From an uncultured Actinomycetes bacterium (GTDB taxonomy: Bacteria; Actinomycetota; Thermoleophilia; UBA2241): a stretch of DNA of 64,000 bases. Position numbers and translations under genes: made by a program. Below are positions 29,395 to 41,079 of the stretch, piece by piece. The stretch covers positions 96,001 through 160,000 of the forward strand of contig CAVPVX010000007.1 in NCBI GenBank assembly GCA_963709345.1, written 5' to 3'. The notes beneath the pieces are model-generated. The model ran no database searches, was not told the origin of the DNA, and worked only from the letters and a program-made list of their open reading frames with translations. Every line of letters starts with the position of its first letter. The stretch's first letter is position 1.

Positions 29395-30041
29395 CAGCGA
29401 TACTCGGGGTCGTAGCGGAGCGGCGACAGGAACGGGTTGAGCGCGAGCTCACGGCCCAGCGACGTGTCCGGGCCGTGCCCGCTGTGGACGGCCGCGTCCG
29501 CAGGGAAGCGGCGCACGAGCATCGCGATCGAGTTGAGCAAGGCGTCCATGTCGCCGCCGGGAAGGTCGGTGCGCCCGACGCTGCCCTGGAAGAGGAGGTC
29601 GCCGACGAACAGATGCTCTTCGCCGATCGCAAAGGTGTACGAGCCACGCGAGTGCCCCGGCGTGGGAACGGCGAGCACCGGGATCGCGAGATCGAGCGAC
29701 TGCTCCCCGGCGATGGTCGTTGCCGTCTCGACCGGCTCGATGTCGAAGCCGGCCATGGAACCGAGGCCGCCGTCGGCCATCTGCCCGGCGTCCGCCTCAC
29801 CCACGTACACGGGGATGTCGAAGTGCCGCGCCAGCGGCGCCACGCCCCCGAAGTGGTCGAAGTGACCGTGCGTGACCAACACCGCGGCAGGCGCGAAGCC
29901 GAACTCGGTGAAGGCCTCGATGACGACACCGGCCTCGTCGCCGGGATCGATGACGAGCCCGGCCTCGCCGCGGACCACGATGAAGCAGTTGGCCTGCAGC
30001 GGTCCGAGCGGTAGGGCGAAGACTTCGAGAGGGTCGGGCAT
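29391..30041 (-). CDS. MBL-fold metallo-hydrolase (YcbL/glyoxalase II-like)
   Basis: THGHFDH, TPGHS, GDLLF..SVGRTD, GHG; rel-MBL-hisS synteny. Confidence 0.9.
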   Translation of the reverse strand: MPDPLEVFALPLGPLQANCFIVVRGEAGLVIDPGDEAGVVIEAFTEFGFAPAAVLVTHGHFDHFGGVAPLARHFDIPVYVGEADAGQMADGGLGSMAGFDIEPVETATTIAGEQSLDLAIPVLAVPTPGHSRGSYTFAIGEEHLFVGDLLFQGSVGRTDLPGGDMDALLNSIAMLVRRFPADAAVHSGHGPDTSLGRELALNPFLSPLRYDPEYRW

Positions 30042-30196
30042 GCGGCTACCTCGGGCGGTCGACGTTCGTGCGTGAGGGTATCAGACGGCGGCGAAGACGG
30101 TCGACCGCGCGCCCGTCGCCGGCGGAAGCAGAGGCTCCGCGCACGTGCTGGACCCGTCTTTCCGCCCAACGTCCCCGCGGTGACGAACGGCGTGCG

Positions 30197-32446
30197 TCAG
30201 CCGCCCACGACACGATAGGCGTCGTACACGGTGTGGATGCTGCGGATGTTGGCGAGGATGTTGTCGAGCTGGCGCACGTCGCCCACCTCGAGCGTGAACC
30301 GGTCGCGTACCACGCCATCGGGCAGCGTCTGCATGGAGCCGCCGATGATGTTCACCCCCGAGTCGGAGAGCGTGCGCGCGAGGTCTTCGAGCAGGTGGTT
30401 ACGGTCGAGAGCCTCGACCATGATCTCGACGCGGAAGGCCATGTCGCCCAGGCCCTGCCACCCCACCTTGGTGAACCGTTCCGGGTTCTTCATGAGGGCG
30501 CGCGCGTTCTTGCAGTCCTTGCGGTGGATGGTGATGCCCTTGCCGAGCGAGATGTAGCCGACGATGTCGTCACCCGGTATGGGCTTACAGCACTTGGCCA
30601 TGCGGACCATGATGTCGCTCATGCCCTCGACGGCGATCCCGAAGTCGCCCGAGAGCGCCTGCGGCTCCTCGACCTCCTGCACCGGCCGCGACGGCAGCAT
30701 CTCGGGCGGCGGCGTCGCCTCCTTCATGGTGCCGGCTCGCTGCATCACCTTGTTGGCGACCGTCTTGACGGGGATGCGGCCGGAACCCAGCGCCACGAAG
30801 AGATCGTCGGGCTTCTTGAACCCGATCTCCTTGCAGATCTGGGCGAACACCTTGGACGTCAGGATCTTCTGTGCCGGGAGACCCTCGCGGCGGAGGACCT
30901 CCTGCAGGAGGTCACGACCCGAGTGCTCGGAGTCTTCGCGCTGCTCGCGCCGGAAGTGCTGGCGGATCCTCTGACGTGCGCGCGTCGACTGGACGATGTC
31001 CAGCCAGTCTCGTGACGGGCCGTGGCTCGACTTGCTCGTGATGATCTCGATGATGTCGCCGCTGCTCAGCTTCGTGTGCAGCGGCACGATGCGACCGTTG
31101 AGCTTGGCGCCGACGGTGTGATTGCCGACGTCGGTGTGCACGGAGTAGGCGAAGTCGATCGGCGTGCTCCCCGCGGCAAGGCTCTTGACGTCGCCCTTGG
31201 GCGTGAACACGAACACCTCGTCCTCGAAGAGGTCGACGCGCAGGGTGTCCATGAACTCGCGCGGGTCGCCGGTCTCGGACTGCCACTCCATCATCTGGTG
31301 CAGCCACGCGAGCTTGTCCTGGTCGCGGTCGCCGCGGGCCTTGTAGAGCCAGTGCGCGGCGACGCCGAACTCGGCGGTCTGGTGCATGTCGAAGGTACGG
31401 ATCTGGATCTCGAGCGGCTTGCCGCCGGGGCCTATCACGGTCGTGTGCAGCGACTGGTACAGGTTGAACTTGGGCATCGCGATGTAGTCCTTGAAGCGCC
31501 CGGGGAGGGGCTTCCAGACCGAGTGGATGATGCCGACCGCCCCGTAGCAGTCCTTGATCGTCTCGACGAGCACGCGCAGGCCGGTGAGGTCGAAGATCTC
31601 GTTGAACTCCTTGCCGCCCCGGCTCATCTTCACGTAGATCGAGTAGAAGTGCTTGGCGCGGCCGGTGATCTCGGCGTTGATGCCGGCCGTGTCCAGCTCG
31701 GCGCGCAGGAAGCCGGCCGCCTCGCCGACGTAGTCCTCGCGGTCGGCGCGCCGTTGCGCCACCCACTTCTGGATCTCCTGGTACTTGCGTGGGTGGAGCG
31801 AGGCGAAGGCGAGGTCCTCCAGCTGCCACTTCAGGTTGTGGATGCCGAGCCGGTGCGCCAGAGGCGCGTACACCTCGAGCGTCTCCTTGGCCTTCTGGAT
31901 CTGCTTCTGCTTGCTCAGGTAGCACAACGTGTGCATGTTGTGGAGGCGGTCGCAGAGCTTGATCAGGATGACGCGGATGTCCGTGGCCATCGCGATGATC
32001 ATCTTGCGGTAGTTCTCGGCCTGCTCCTCCTCCTGCGAGGTGAAGTGCATCTTGGTGAGCTTCGTGACGCCGTCGACGAGCATCGCGATCTCAGCGCCGA
32101 ACTCCTCCTCGAGCCAGGCGAGCGGCGTACCGGTGTCTTCGACGACGTCGTGCAGCAGCGCCGCGGCGATGGTCACTGAGTCGAGCTGCAGCTCGGCGGC
32201 GTTGAGCGCCGTACCGACCGGATGATGGATGTATGCCTCGCCGCTCTTGCGGCTCTGCTGGCCGTGCAGGATGCACGCGGCGACGAAGGCGCGGGTGATG
32301 AGATCGCGATCGGCGTCCGGGTCGTACACCGCGACGGCCGCGAAGAGGTCGTCGAGCAGCGGCCCGTAGCGGATGGGGACCTGGGTCAGAGTCTCGCGGT
32401 CAGGCAGGTCCGCAGGAAGTCTGGTGTTTGAGATCGTCTGTGCCAT
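30197..32446 (-). CDS. rel: Bifunctional (p)ppGpp synthetase/hydrolase
   Basis: RKSGEAYIHHP, LHDVVED, DRLHNM, YQSLHT, EIQIRT; TGS and ACT domains. Confidence 0.97.
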   Translation of the reverse strand: MAQTISNTRLPADLPDRETLTQVPIRYGPLLDDLFAAVAVYDPDADRDLITRAFVAACILHGQQSRKSGEAYIHHPVGTALNAAELQLDSVTIAAALLHDVVEDTGTPLAWLEEEFGAEIAMLVDGVTKLTKMHFTSQEEEQAENYRKMIIAMATDIRVILIKLCDRLHNMHTLCYLSKQKQIQKAKETLEVYAPLAHRLGIHNLKWQLEDLAFASLHPRKYQEIQKWVAQRRADREDYVGEAAGFLRAELDTAGINAEITGRAKHFYSIYVKMSRGGKEFNEIFDLTGLRVLVETIKDCYGAVGIIHSVWKPLPGRFKDYIAMPKFNLYQSLHTTVIGPGGKPLEIQIRTFDMHQTAEFGVAAHWLYKARGDRDQDKLAWLHQMMEWQSETGDPREFMDTLRVDLFEDEVFVFTPKGDVKSLAAGSTPIDFAYSVHTDVGNHTVGAKLNGRIVPLHTKLSSGDIIEIITSKSSHGPSRDWLDIVQSTRARQRIRQHFRREQREDSEHSGRDLLQEVLRREGLPAQKILTSKVFAQICKEIGFKKPDDLFVALGSGRIPVKTVANKVMQRAGTMKEATPPPEMLPSRPVQEVEEPQALSGDFGIAVEGMSDIMVRMAKCCKPIPGDDIVGYISLGKGITIHRKDCKNARALMKNPERFTKVGWQGLGDMAFRVEIMVEALDRNHLLEDLARTLSDSGVNIIGGSMQTLPDGVVRDRFTLEVGDVRQLDNILANIRSIHTVYDAYRVVGG

Positions 32447-34956
32447 TCTCTGTACGCGTCCGTCCGGGTGACGTCGACCTTACTCTGTGGCCGTTCGAGA
32501 TGATAGCCGCCGGCGCCGGCGACCATGAGCAGCCCCGCCCCACGAAGAGTCTGGAGCGCCGCGGCGACCACGCCGAGCGGCGCCAGACCGGCTCCTCTCC
32601 CAAGGAGTTCCTGCTCGAGCGCCTCGTCAAACCGGCCGGACCCAGCGTCGAGAGCCCGCCAGACGCTCCGCATGACGGGATCGAGCGTGAGCTCGGTCTC
32701 CCGGAAGCGACCGACGGACGCCGCTTCGGCCGGCCCCCAGAGCGCGTGGACCCACGCACCTTGTGCCGCCTCGACCACAGCGGCCCACACACCCGTGGTC
32801 AGCGGCGGGTCGGCGAAGACGACATGCGTGAAGGAACGCGTGAGCTCCGGGTGCGCGACGGCGATGTCGAGACCCGCCATGACGACGTCCGGCTCCTCGG
32901 CGGCCCAGGCGACCCGCGCCGAGCAGGCCGTCTGCACGTAGGCGGCCGAGCGGCCCAGATCGGGTGAGAGCACATCCCCGCGGAGGAGGGGGCGACGGCC
33001 GCCCACGTCGGCCACGAGCACCAGCGTGCGCTCGCCCGAGGCCGCCAGTGCCGCCAGCGCGCTCACGACGGGGCGGCCGCGGCGGTCGACGATGCGGCCC
33101 GCCGCGCGGGCGGCGCGCAGCGCGGCGGCCGCCTGCTCGCCGTCGCCGGCCGCCGAGAGCCCACCGGAGAGCCCGTCGCCCAGCAGCCGGCTCCACAACT
33201 CGTCGCCGCGCAGCCGGTCGCGACAGCTGAGATCGCACGGAGTGGCGCACAGGTCGACGTCGGGAGCTCGCAGCCGGTGGAGGCTGCGGACCTGCACCTG
33301 GGCACTCACGGCGCCGTTGTATTCGTTCTTGGTGAGCGCGAGCGCCACGTCGTGACGCCCGGGCTCGGCGAGCTCGTCCAGATCGTCGAAGCGGAAGTGG
33401 ATGGCCTGGCAGGAGGCGCCGTCGCAGCGCACCCTGTACTGCGCATGGCGCTTGTCGCGCGTGAGCCGCGGCGCCACGACCTCGGCGCCGTGCAGCAGCA
33501 GCGTGACCTGCCGGTTGCCGAAGCCGTGAGGAGCCAGCAGTTCGAGCTCGTCGGCCAGGCCGAGCGTGAGCTCGTCGCCGCCGACGATGGCGTCGACGTG
33601 CCGGACACGCAGGAGGTCGTCGTCGTCCAGAGCCGTTTCGGCCTCCGCGACGAAGGCCTCGCGAAAGGCCGGGATGGCGTCTCGTCGCAGGCGCACGCCG
33701 CAGGCGGCGCGATGACCACCGAAAGCGAGCAGGTGTCCGGAGCTCCGCTCCACGGCGGCCAGCAGGTCGAAGACCGGGATGCTGCGTCCTGAGCCCTTGG
33801 CCTCGTCGTCTCCCTCAGTCAGCAGGATCGCCGGCCGATGGAAGCGCTCGGCTACGCGCGACGCGACGATGCCGACGACGCCCTCATGCCAGTCGGGCGA
33901 CGAGAGCACCAGCGCCGCCGGGAGAGGATCGGGCACCATCTCGACGGCGGCGGCGAGCATGGCCGCCTCGATCGCCTGGCGATCGCGATTGAGTTCGTTG
34001 AGACGCAGCGCGATGGGCAGCGCCGACTCGCGATCGGCGCATCCGAGCAACTCCAGCGCGAGAGACGCGTCCTCGAGGCGCCCGGCCGCGTTGAGCCGCG
34101 GGCCGAGACGGAAGCCGACGACACCGGCGTCCACGGCGTCCCGACGGCCGCCGGCGACCTCGAGCAGAGCCGCAAGCCCCGGCCGCGGGGAGCTGCGCAG
34201 GCGGCCGAGACCGATGGCGGCGAGTACGCGGTTCTCTCCGACCAGCGGCACGACGTCGGCGATCGTCCCCACCGCGACGAGGTCGGCGTACGCGCGCAGC
34301 GCGAGCGGGAGGTCGACGAGCTCCGCCCCCGGCTCCTCCAGGAGGGCGTGCGCGAGCTTGAACGCCACCCCGACGCCGGCCAGGTGAGGGCACGGGTACT
34401 CGCCCTCCTTCGGACTCACGACGACGCAGTCGGGCGGGTCTCCGGAGAGCTCGTGGTGGTCGGTGACGATGACGTCCATGCCGAGCCCCTTGGCGCGCGC
34501 GACCTCGTCACGGGCATTGATGCCGCAGTCCACGGTCACCAGCAGCTTGACTCCGGCCGCGCCCAGCTCGTCGACGGCCGCCGCCGAGACGCCGTAGCCC
34601 TCACTGAAACGATTCGGCAGGTGCCAGCGGACCTCGGCCCCGAGATCGCGGAGCACGCCCACGAGGAGGAAGGTGGCGGTGATGCCATCGGCGTCGTAGT
34701 CACCGTGGACGGCGATGGTCTCGCCGCGGCGGAGCGCCTGGTCGATGCGCCGGCGTGCCTCGGCCACGCCGGGCAGCAGGTATGGGTTGTGAACGCGGAA
34801 GTCGGGGTGCAGGAACGCGCGCGCCGCGGAGGCGTCGTGGAAGCCCCTTCTCACGAGGATCTGCGCGAGCACCTCGCTCACCTCGAGCTCCGCGGCGAGT
34901 TCGCGGACGAGCGAGTATGGTGCCGGCGCAATGCGCCAGGAGCCGGGGACGGTCAC
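32386..34956 (-). CDS. recJ: ssDNA exonuclease RecJ with C-terminal extension
   Basis: GDYDADG, TVDCG, TDHH, GTIADVV, PRLNAAGR, GSGRS, FGGH. Confidence 0.93.
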   Translation of the reverse strand: MTVPGSWRIAPAPYSLVRELAAELEVSEVLAQILVRRGFHDASAARAFLHPDFRVHNPYLLPGVAEARRRIDQALRRGETIAVHGDYDADGITATFLLVGVLRDLGAEVRWHLPNRFSEGYGVSAAAVDELGAAGVKLLVTVDCGINARDEVARAKGLGMDVIVTDHHELSGDPPDCVVVSPKEGEYPCPHLAGVGVAFKLAHALLEEPGAELVDLPLALRAYADLVAVGTIADVVPLVGENRVLAAIGLGRLRSSPRPGLAALLEVAGGRRDAVDAGVVGFRLGPRLNAAGRLEDASLALELLGCADRESALPIALRLNELNRDRQAIEAAMLAAAVEMVPDPLPAALVLSSPDWHEGVVGIVASRVAERFHRPAILLTEGDDEAKGSGRSIPVFDLLAAVERSSGHLLAFGGHRAACGVRLRRDAIPAFREAFVAEAETALDDDDLLRVRHVDAIVGGDELTLGLADELELLAPHGFGNRQVTLLLHGAEVVAPRLTRDKRHAQYRVRCDGASCQAIHFRFDDLDELAEPGRHDVALALTKNEYNGAVSAQVQVRSLHRLRAPDVDLCATPCDLSCRDRLRGDELWSRLLGDGLSGGLSAAGDGEQAAAALRAARAAGRIVDRRGRPVVSALAALAASGERTLVLVADVGGRRPLLRGDVLSPDLGRSAAYVQTACSARVAWAAEEPDVVMAGLDIAVAHPELTRSFTHVVFADPPLTTGVWAAVVEAAQGAWVHALWGPAEAASVGRFRETELTLDPVMRSVWRALDAGSGRFDEALEQELLGRGAGLAPLGVVAAALQTLRGAGLLMVAGAGGYHLERPQSKVDVTRTDAYREWHRRSQTPDFLRTCLTARL

Positions 34957-35011
34957 GTGTGCATCACGGCTCCAGTGTACCGCCCGGCGCCGACGGACGT
35001 CGTGTACCGGG

Positions 35012-35704
35012 TCAGCCGGCCGGCCCCCCGGCCGGATCCTCCCCGGCCGGCGCGGAGTCGTCGTCGCGGCCGGACACGGCGTCGGGCACGGCCGTGACGG
35101 CAGTCTGGTTCGCGTCCGCGGTCGGCAGTTCCCCGGGCTCGGCCGGAGCCTTCGCTTCTGCCTGCTCGGCGTCGTCGGCGGTCGAGCTCTCCTCGCCCGG
35201 CCCCGTTGCGACGTCCGAGGCAGTCTCCTCGGAGGGCGCAGCGCCGGGACCCGACGTCTCGCCGGCGACCACCGTGACCGCGGAGTCATCGACCGCGGTG
35301 GGGGCTTCGTCCGCCGTCCCGATCCTCGTCTCAGCCTCGGCCTCGGCGGCCGCAGCGGCCGCGGCCTGCGCCTCTGCCGCAACGCGCGCCGCGGCCTTGG
35401 CCGCCCCCGCGTCGCGCTGCGTCCGAACGACGAGCGCCTCGGCTTCGCGCAGGCGCTCGTACGTCGCCTGCAGATCGGCTTCGAGCTTGCGGCGTCTCTC
35501 GGCGACCGTGGACAGCGCCAGCCACGCCGCGGCGGCCCCCGCGACGAACACGAGAGCAGCCACGACGACGGATGTCCAGAAGAGCGACACGGAGGCCGCC
35601 GTGCCGGCGACGTAGTCGACATCGAAGGCGACCGAGCTGTTCAACGCGCCCGCAACGAGGACGACGCCTGCGACCACGGCGAGCATGATGAGCGCTTTAC
35701 GCAC
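35012..35704 (-). CDS. LapA/DUF1049-like two-TM coiled-coil protein with acidic tail
   Basis: TM-(ALNSSVAFDVDY)-TM-coiled coil; upstream extended -10 TGcTATACT. Confidence 0.5.
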   Translation of the reverse strand: MRKALIMLAVVAGVVLVAGALNSSVAFDVDYVAGTAASVSLFWTSVVVAALVFVAGAAAAWLALSTVAERRRKLEADLQATYERLREAEALVVRTQRDAGAAKAAARVAAEAQAAAAAAAEAEAETRIGTADEAPTAVDDSAVTVVAGETSGPGAAPSEETASDVATGPGEESSTADDAEQAEAKAPAEPGELPTADANQTAVTAVPDAVSGRDDDSAPAGEDPAGGPAG

Positions 35705-35773
35705 GAGGGACCTCCGGGTCCGGACTGTCGGCGGCGAGTATAGCAACCGGCGGCCCGGCCGCCCAAGGCGGCA

Positions 35774-36751
35774 TCAGAGCCGCTCGATCTCGGCGCGCTC
35801 GACCGCCTGTTCGAGCCACCGCGCCAGTGCCCGGCCACGCTTGCGCGAAGTCAGCTGCTCGATGAGGTCGTCGCGCACCTCCTCGAAGCGCACGACCGTC
35901 TCGGGCCGGCGATCGTAGATCTTGAAGATCCAGACGCCGCCGGACCCGGCCACAGGCTCGGAGACCTGCCCCTGCCTCAGGTTCGCGACGTCATCGCTGA
36001 GGTCGCCCGGCAGAGAGCGCGGATCGACCCACCCGAGTCTCCCCGCGCTGTCCTTGAGCTGCGGGTCGATGCTGAACTGGCGCGAGACCTCCTGGAACGG
36101 GCGGCCCGCCTCCAGGCGCTTCACGGCGTTGCCGGCGATGCCCTTGTTGCGCACGAAGATCGCGCCGAGATCCACCGCGCTCGGCTCGGTGAAGAGGTCG
36201 TCGCGCCGACTCTCGTAGTAGCGTCTGGCTTCGGCGGGAGAGCTCTCGAGGCCGGGGTACCGCGCGGCGCCGAGCGCCTCGACGAGGACGGACGCTTCGA
36301 TACCGGCGCGGAACTGCGCGCCGGTCATTTCCGCCGCGGCGAGCGCCGTCTCAAGAGCCTCGCCGCCACCGTAGTCCTCCACGACTGCCGCCTCTCTCTC
36401 GTCGAGGGACGTGACGGAGACACTCACGCCGAGCCGCTCCGCCTCCGCGACGACCAGGCCTCGCTCGATCGCCTCGTCGAGGGCGGCCGCCGCATCGTCT
36501 TCCTCGCCCAGGAGTCGCGCCTCGGCGCGCACCGCGGCGACGGCGCTCTCACGCACCTCACGTCCGTTCACCCTCGCGACGACGGCATCGACCGCGGCAG
36601 CGGGCTCTCGCTCGCCGCCGCAGGCGGCCCCCAGGCCCGAGGCCGCAACGACGGCAACGAGGGTGAGGACGGCGAGAACGACCGGCCGCTCAAGGCGACG
36701 CCGAGAGACGCGTCGGACCCGGCCGATGACGGTTCTCACGTCCGGCGCCAT
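35774..36751 (-). CDS. PrsA/SurA-like parvulin foldase lipoprotein
   Basis: Lipobox-like GAAC, VVARVNGREV, F..VSRQFSID, GRLGWV, GQVSEPV. Confidence 0.8.
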   Translation of the reverse strand: MAPDVRTVIGRVRRVSRRRLERPVVLAVLTLVAVVAASGLGAACGGEREPAAAVDAVVARVNGREVRESAVAAVRAEARLLGEEDDAAAALDEAIERGLVVAEAERLGVSVSVTSLDEREAAVVEDYGGGEALETALAAAEMTGAQFRAGIEASVLVEALGAARYPGLESSPAEARRYYESRRDDLFTEPSAVDLGAIFVRNKGIAGNAVKRLEAGRPFQEVSRQFSIDPQLKDSAGRLGWVDPRSLPGDLSDDVANLRQGQVSEPVAGSGGVWIFKIYDRRPETVVRFEEVRDDLIEQLTSRKRGRALARWLEQAVERAEIERL

Positions 36752-36782
36752 GAGATACGGCCCACGAGAGGGGGATCGGCGG

Positions 36783-37828
36783 TCAGGCCGCCGGCTCGGG
36801 GTGGGCGCCTTCGAACGGCACCTCCGAGACGGCCCGCGTGCCCCCGACGAACCGGGCCGGGAAGTAGCACGCGACCTCATGCCTGTCGCCCGCATCGCCC
36901 CCGGTGCTGGTGAGCCGGGGCATCGCCTGGGCACAGACCTCCCGGGCGCGCGGGCAGCGCGGGTGGAAGACGCAGCCCTTGGGCGGGTTCGCGGGGCTGG
37001 GCACGTCGCCCTCGAGGATGATGCGCCTGCGGGCGCGCTCCGTGTGGGGGTCCGGGATGGGCACCGCCGAGAGGAGCGCCTCGGTATACGGATGCTGCGG
37101 GCGGTCGTAGAGGATGCGGCTGTCGGAGCTCTCGACGATCTTGCCGAGGTACATCACGGCCACCCGGTCGGAGATGTGCTTGACCACCGAGAGATCGTGG
37201 GCGATGAACAGGTACGTGAGGTCGAACTCCTCCTGCAGGTCCTCGAGCAGATTGATCACCTGGGCGCGGATCGACACGTCAAGCGCACTCACCGGCTCGT
37301 CGCAGATGATGAGTTTAGGGTTCAGCGCCAGGGCGCGGGCGATGCCGATGCGCTGACGCTGACCGCCCGAGAACTCGTGCGGGTAGCGGTCGGCGTGCTC
37401 GGCGCTGAGACCGACCGTCTCCAGGAGCTCGAAGACACGCTTCTTGCGCTCGACCTTGGTGCCGATGCCATGGATCTTGAGTGATTCGCCGACGATGTCC
37501 CGGACGTGCATCCGCGGATTGAGCGACGCATACGGGTCCTGGAAGATGATCTGCATGTCGCGGCGCAGCTTCTGCATGTCGCCACCCGACGCACGCATCA
37601 CGTCGATACCCTCGAAATCGACGCTGCCCGATGTGGCGTCGATCAGGCGCAACAGCGCGCGCCCCGTCGTCGACTTGCCGCAGCCGCTCTCTCCGACGAG
37701 ACCGAGCGTCTCGCCCTTCTCGATAGAGAAGCTGACGCCGTCGACCGCGTAGACCGTGCCAGTCTGGCGCTTCAGCACTCCCGACTTGATCGGGAAGTGT
37801 TTCTTCAGGTCGCGCACCTCGAGCAGGC

Positions 37829-37832
<4 letters not shown>
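36783..37832 (-). CDS. oppF: Peptide ABC ATPase OppF/DppF
   Basis: [34 protein letters not shown]-terminal Cys cluster. Confidence 0.92.
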
Positions 37833-38854
<1,022 letters not shown>

Positions 38855-38856
38855 GC

Positions 38857-39936
38857 CTATTCCTTGAGCTTGGGGTCGGTGGCGTCGCGCAGGCCGTTGC
38901 CGAATGAGATGAAGCCGAAGACGGTGATCGTGAGGGCGATACTGGGGAAGGTGACCATCCACCAGCTACCGGCCTGAAGATACGTCAGGTAGTCGGCGAT
39001 CATCTTGCCCCACGAGGCGTTCGGCGGCTGGATGCCGATGCCGAGATAGCTGAGCGCCGCCTCGGTGACGATGGCGCCGCCGACGCCCATGGCGATGGCG
39101 ACGTAGACCGGAGCCATCGTGTTCGGCAGGACGTGCCTGAAGATGACGCGCAAGTCGCTGGCGCCCTGCGCGCGAGCCGCCTCCACGTATTCCATCGACT
39201 TCACGCTGAGCACCGAGCCGCGGTTGAGTCGCGCGTACGTCGCCCAGCCGAGAACGCCGATGGCGATGAAGACATTCACGAACCCGGGCCCCAGAACCAC
39301 CATGATGAGCAGCACGAACAGGATGTACGGGAAGGCGAAGAAGATATCCGCCAAACGCATGATCACGGAGTCGACCCAGCCCCCGTAGTATCCGGAGATC
39401 GGGCCCAGTATGAGCCCGATGGTGAGCGCGATGGCGACGGCGATGACGCCGACCAGCAGTGAGATGCGGGTCGCGACGAGGACGCGGGAGAACACGTCGC
39501 GCCCGAGGTAGTCGGTGCCGAACGGATGTGACCACGACGGCGGCGTGCCACGTCCCTGCGGCGAGAGGTCGTAGTTGGTCGCGTTGGGATTGTACGGCGC
39601 GAGATAGCCCCCGGCATTGCCGGCGCCGGCCGGGTCGGCGCGGTACTGGACGCCGGTCAGGCTGAAGATCTCCTGGGTCAGGCCGACGGCCATGAACACG
39701 AGGATGATGCCGAGACCGACGAGCGCGAGGTGGTTGCGCTTGAGGCGGCGCCACGTGTCGCCCCACAGGGTGAGCGGCTTCTTGCTGACGCCGAGCTCCT
39801 CATGCTGCCGCTCGAGCTGCTCGGTGAGCACCTCGCTCGAGGTGCGCCCGTCGAGGCCGTCGGCTGTGGTGATCAGATTGCCGCTGTCGGCGTCGAGCGA
39901 GCTACGCCCGGGCGTGCGCGGGTCGTCGAAGCCCAT
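38857..39936 (-). CDS. oppC: Peptide ABC permease OppC/DppC
   Basis: HPFGTD.LGRD, YVEAARAQGA, HVLPN, SWG. Confidence 0.92.
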   Translation of the reverse strand: MGFDDPRTPGRSSLDADSGNLITTADGLDGRTSSEVLTEQLERQHEELGVSKKPLTLWGDTWRRLKRNHLALVGLGIILVFMAVGLTQEIFSLTGVQYRADPAGAGNAGGYLAPYNPNATNYDLSPQGRGTPPSWSHPFGTDYLGRDVFSRVLVATRISLLVGVIAVAIALTIGLILGPISGYYGGWVDSVIMRLADIFFAFPYILFVLLIMVVLGPGFVNVFIAIGVLGWATYARLNRGSVLSVKSMEYVEAARAQGASDLRVIFRHVLPNTMAPVYVAIAMGVGGAIVTEAALSYLGIGIQPPNASWGKMIADYLTYLQAGSWWMVTFPSIALTITVFGFISFGNGLRDATDPKLKE

Positions 39937-39939
39937 GCC

Positions 39940-40914
39940 TCAGCCTTCCAGCCGGATACGCGGGTCGACGTAGGCGTAGCCCAGGTCGACGAAGAGGTTG
40001 GCGAACACGTAGATGATGGTCGCGAAGAGGACGCCGCCGGCGACCACCGGCAGATCCCTCGCACCGATCGCCTGGTAGATCATGAGGCCGATGCCGGGAC
40101 GGTTGAACACGGTCTCGGTGAGGATGGCCCCGCCCATGAGGGCTCCGAGGTCGATGCCGGCGATGGTCATCACCGGGATGACGGCGTTCTTGAACGCGTG
40201 CTTGCTGATCACCTTACGCTCGGAGAGGCCCTTGGCCCGAGCCGTACGGATGTAGTCGGCGCGGATCACCTCGAGCATCGAGGCCCGCTGCATGTACGAG
40301 ATGTAGGCGACCTCGATCAGGCCCAGCGTGACCGCCGGCAGGATGAGAGTCGAGAGGCTGCCCCAGGATGCCGGGATCACCCCCAGGAAGTTGTCGCCGC
40401 CGCTGCTCAGCGGGAAGACGTCGTACCCCGTCCACTGGTACAGCTTGAGGCCGAACAGCCACTGCATGAAGAGACCGAGGACAAAGACCGGGATGCCCCA
40501 GATGATGAGCGCCGCGGTCGTCAGCGTCGTGTCCCAGAACGTGAACTGGCGCAGCGCCGAGTAGATGCCCAGGGGGATGCCGAGCATCTCGATGAGCACG
40601 GCGGCGAGCGCCAGCTGGATGGTGTTCGGCGCGTTCTCCTTGATCATCTGGAGCACGGGCTTCTGCAGCTGGTATGACTCGCCGAGGTCGCCGCGCACCA
40701 GACGCCCGACGAACTTGTAGTACTGCACGTAGATCGGCCTGTCGAGCCCGAGCTGCGTACGAATGATGGCGATGCGCTCCGGGGTCGCGTTCTTGCCGGC
40801 GAGCTGCTGGGCAGGGTCGCCGGGGATGGCGAACATGATGAGGAACGTGATGACCGTGACCCCGATGAGGACGATCACCAGCTGGATGAGGCGTCGGACG
40901 ATGTACGACAGCAT
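39940..40914 (-). CDS. oppB: Peptide ABC permease OppB/DppB
   Basis: PGDPA, GDLGES, YIRTARAKGL, DPRIR. Confidence 0.92.
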   Translation of the reverse strand: MLSYIVRRLIQLVIVLIGVTVITFLIMFAIPGDPAQQLAGKNATPERIAIIRTQLGLDRPIYVQYYKFVGRLVRGDLGESYQLQKPVLQMIKENAPNTIQLALAAVLIEMLGIPLGIYSALRQFTFWDTTLTTAALIIWGIPVFVLGLFMQWLFGLKLYQWTGYDVFPLSSGGDNFLGVIPASWGSLSTLILPAVTLGLIEVAYISYMQRASMLEVIRADYIRTARAKGLSERKVISKHAFKNAVIPVMTIAGIDLGALMGGAILTETVFNRPGIGLMIYQAIGARDLPVVAGGVLFATIIYVFANLFVDLGYAYVDPRIRLEG

Positions 40915-40984
40915 GCAGCTACCTTACCTCAAAGCCCCTCTCGCACTCACCCCTGGGGCATCCTCGAGTGAGACCCGAAACGCA

Positions 40985-41022
40985 AGTGGCGGCCCGCCGC
41001 TCAAGAGCGGCGGGCCGCCACT
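40985..41022. terminator. Strong stem-loop between oppA and oppB
   Basis: 17-bp perfect inverted repeat AGTGGCGGCCCGCCGCT-CAAG-AGCGGCGGGCCGCCACT. Confidence 0.75.
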
Positions 41023-41079
41023 GCAACGACTGCGTGCAGTCTAGGTATTCACACCTGCATACGCAACTAGCAGGTCAGT

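Noticed and set aside
20047-29400. T-box leaders for alaS, hisS or aspS
   Set aside because: These genes directly abut upstream CDSs, leaving no leader space.
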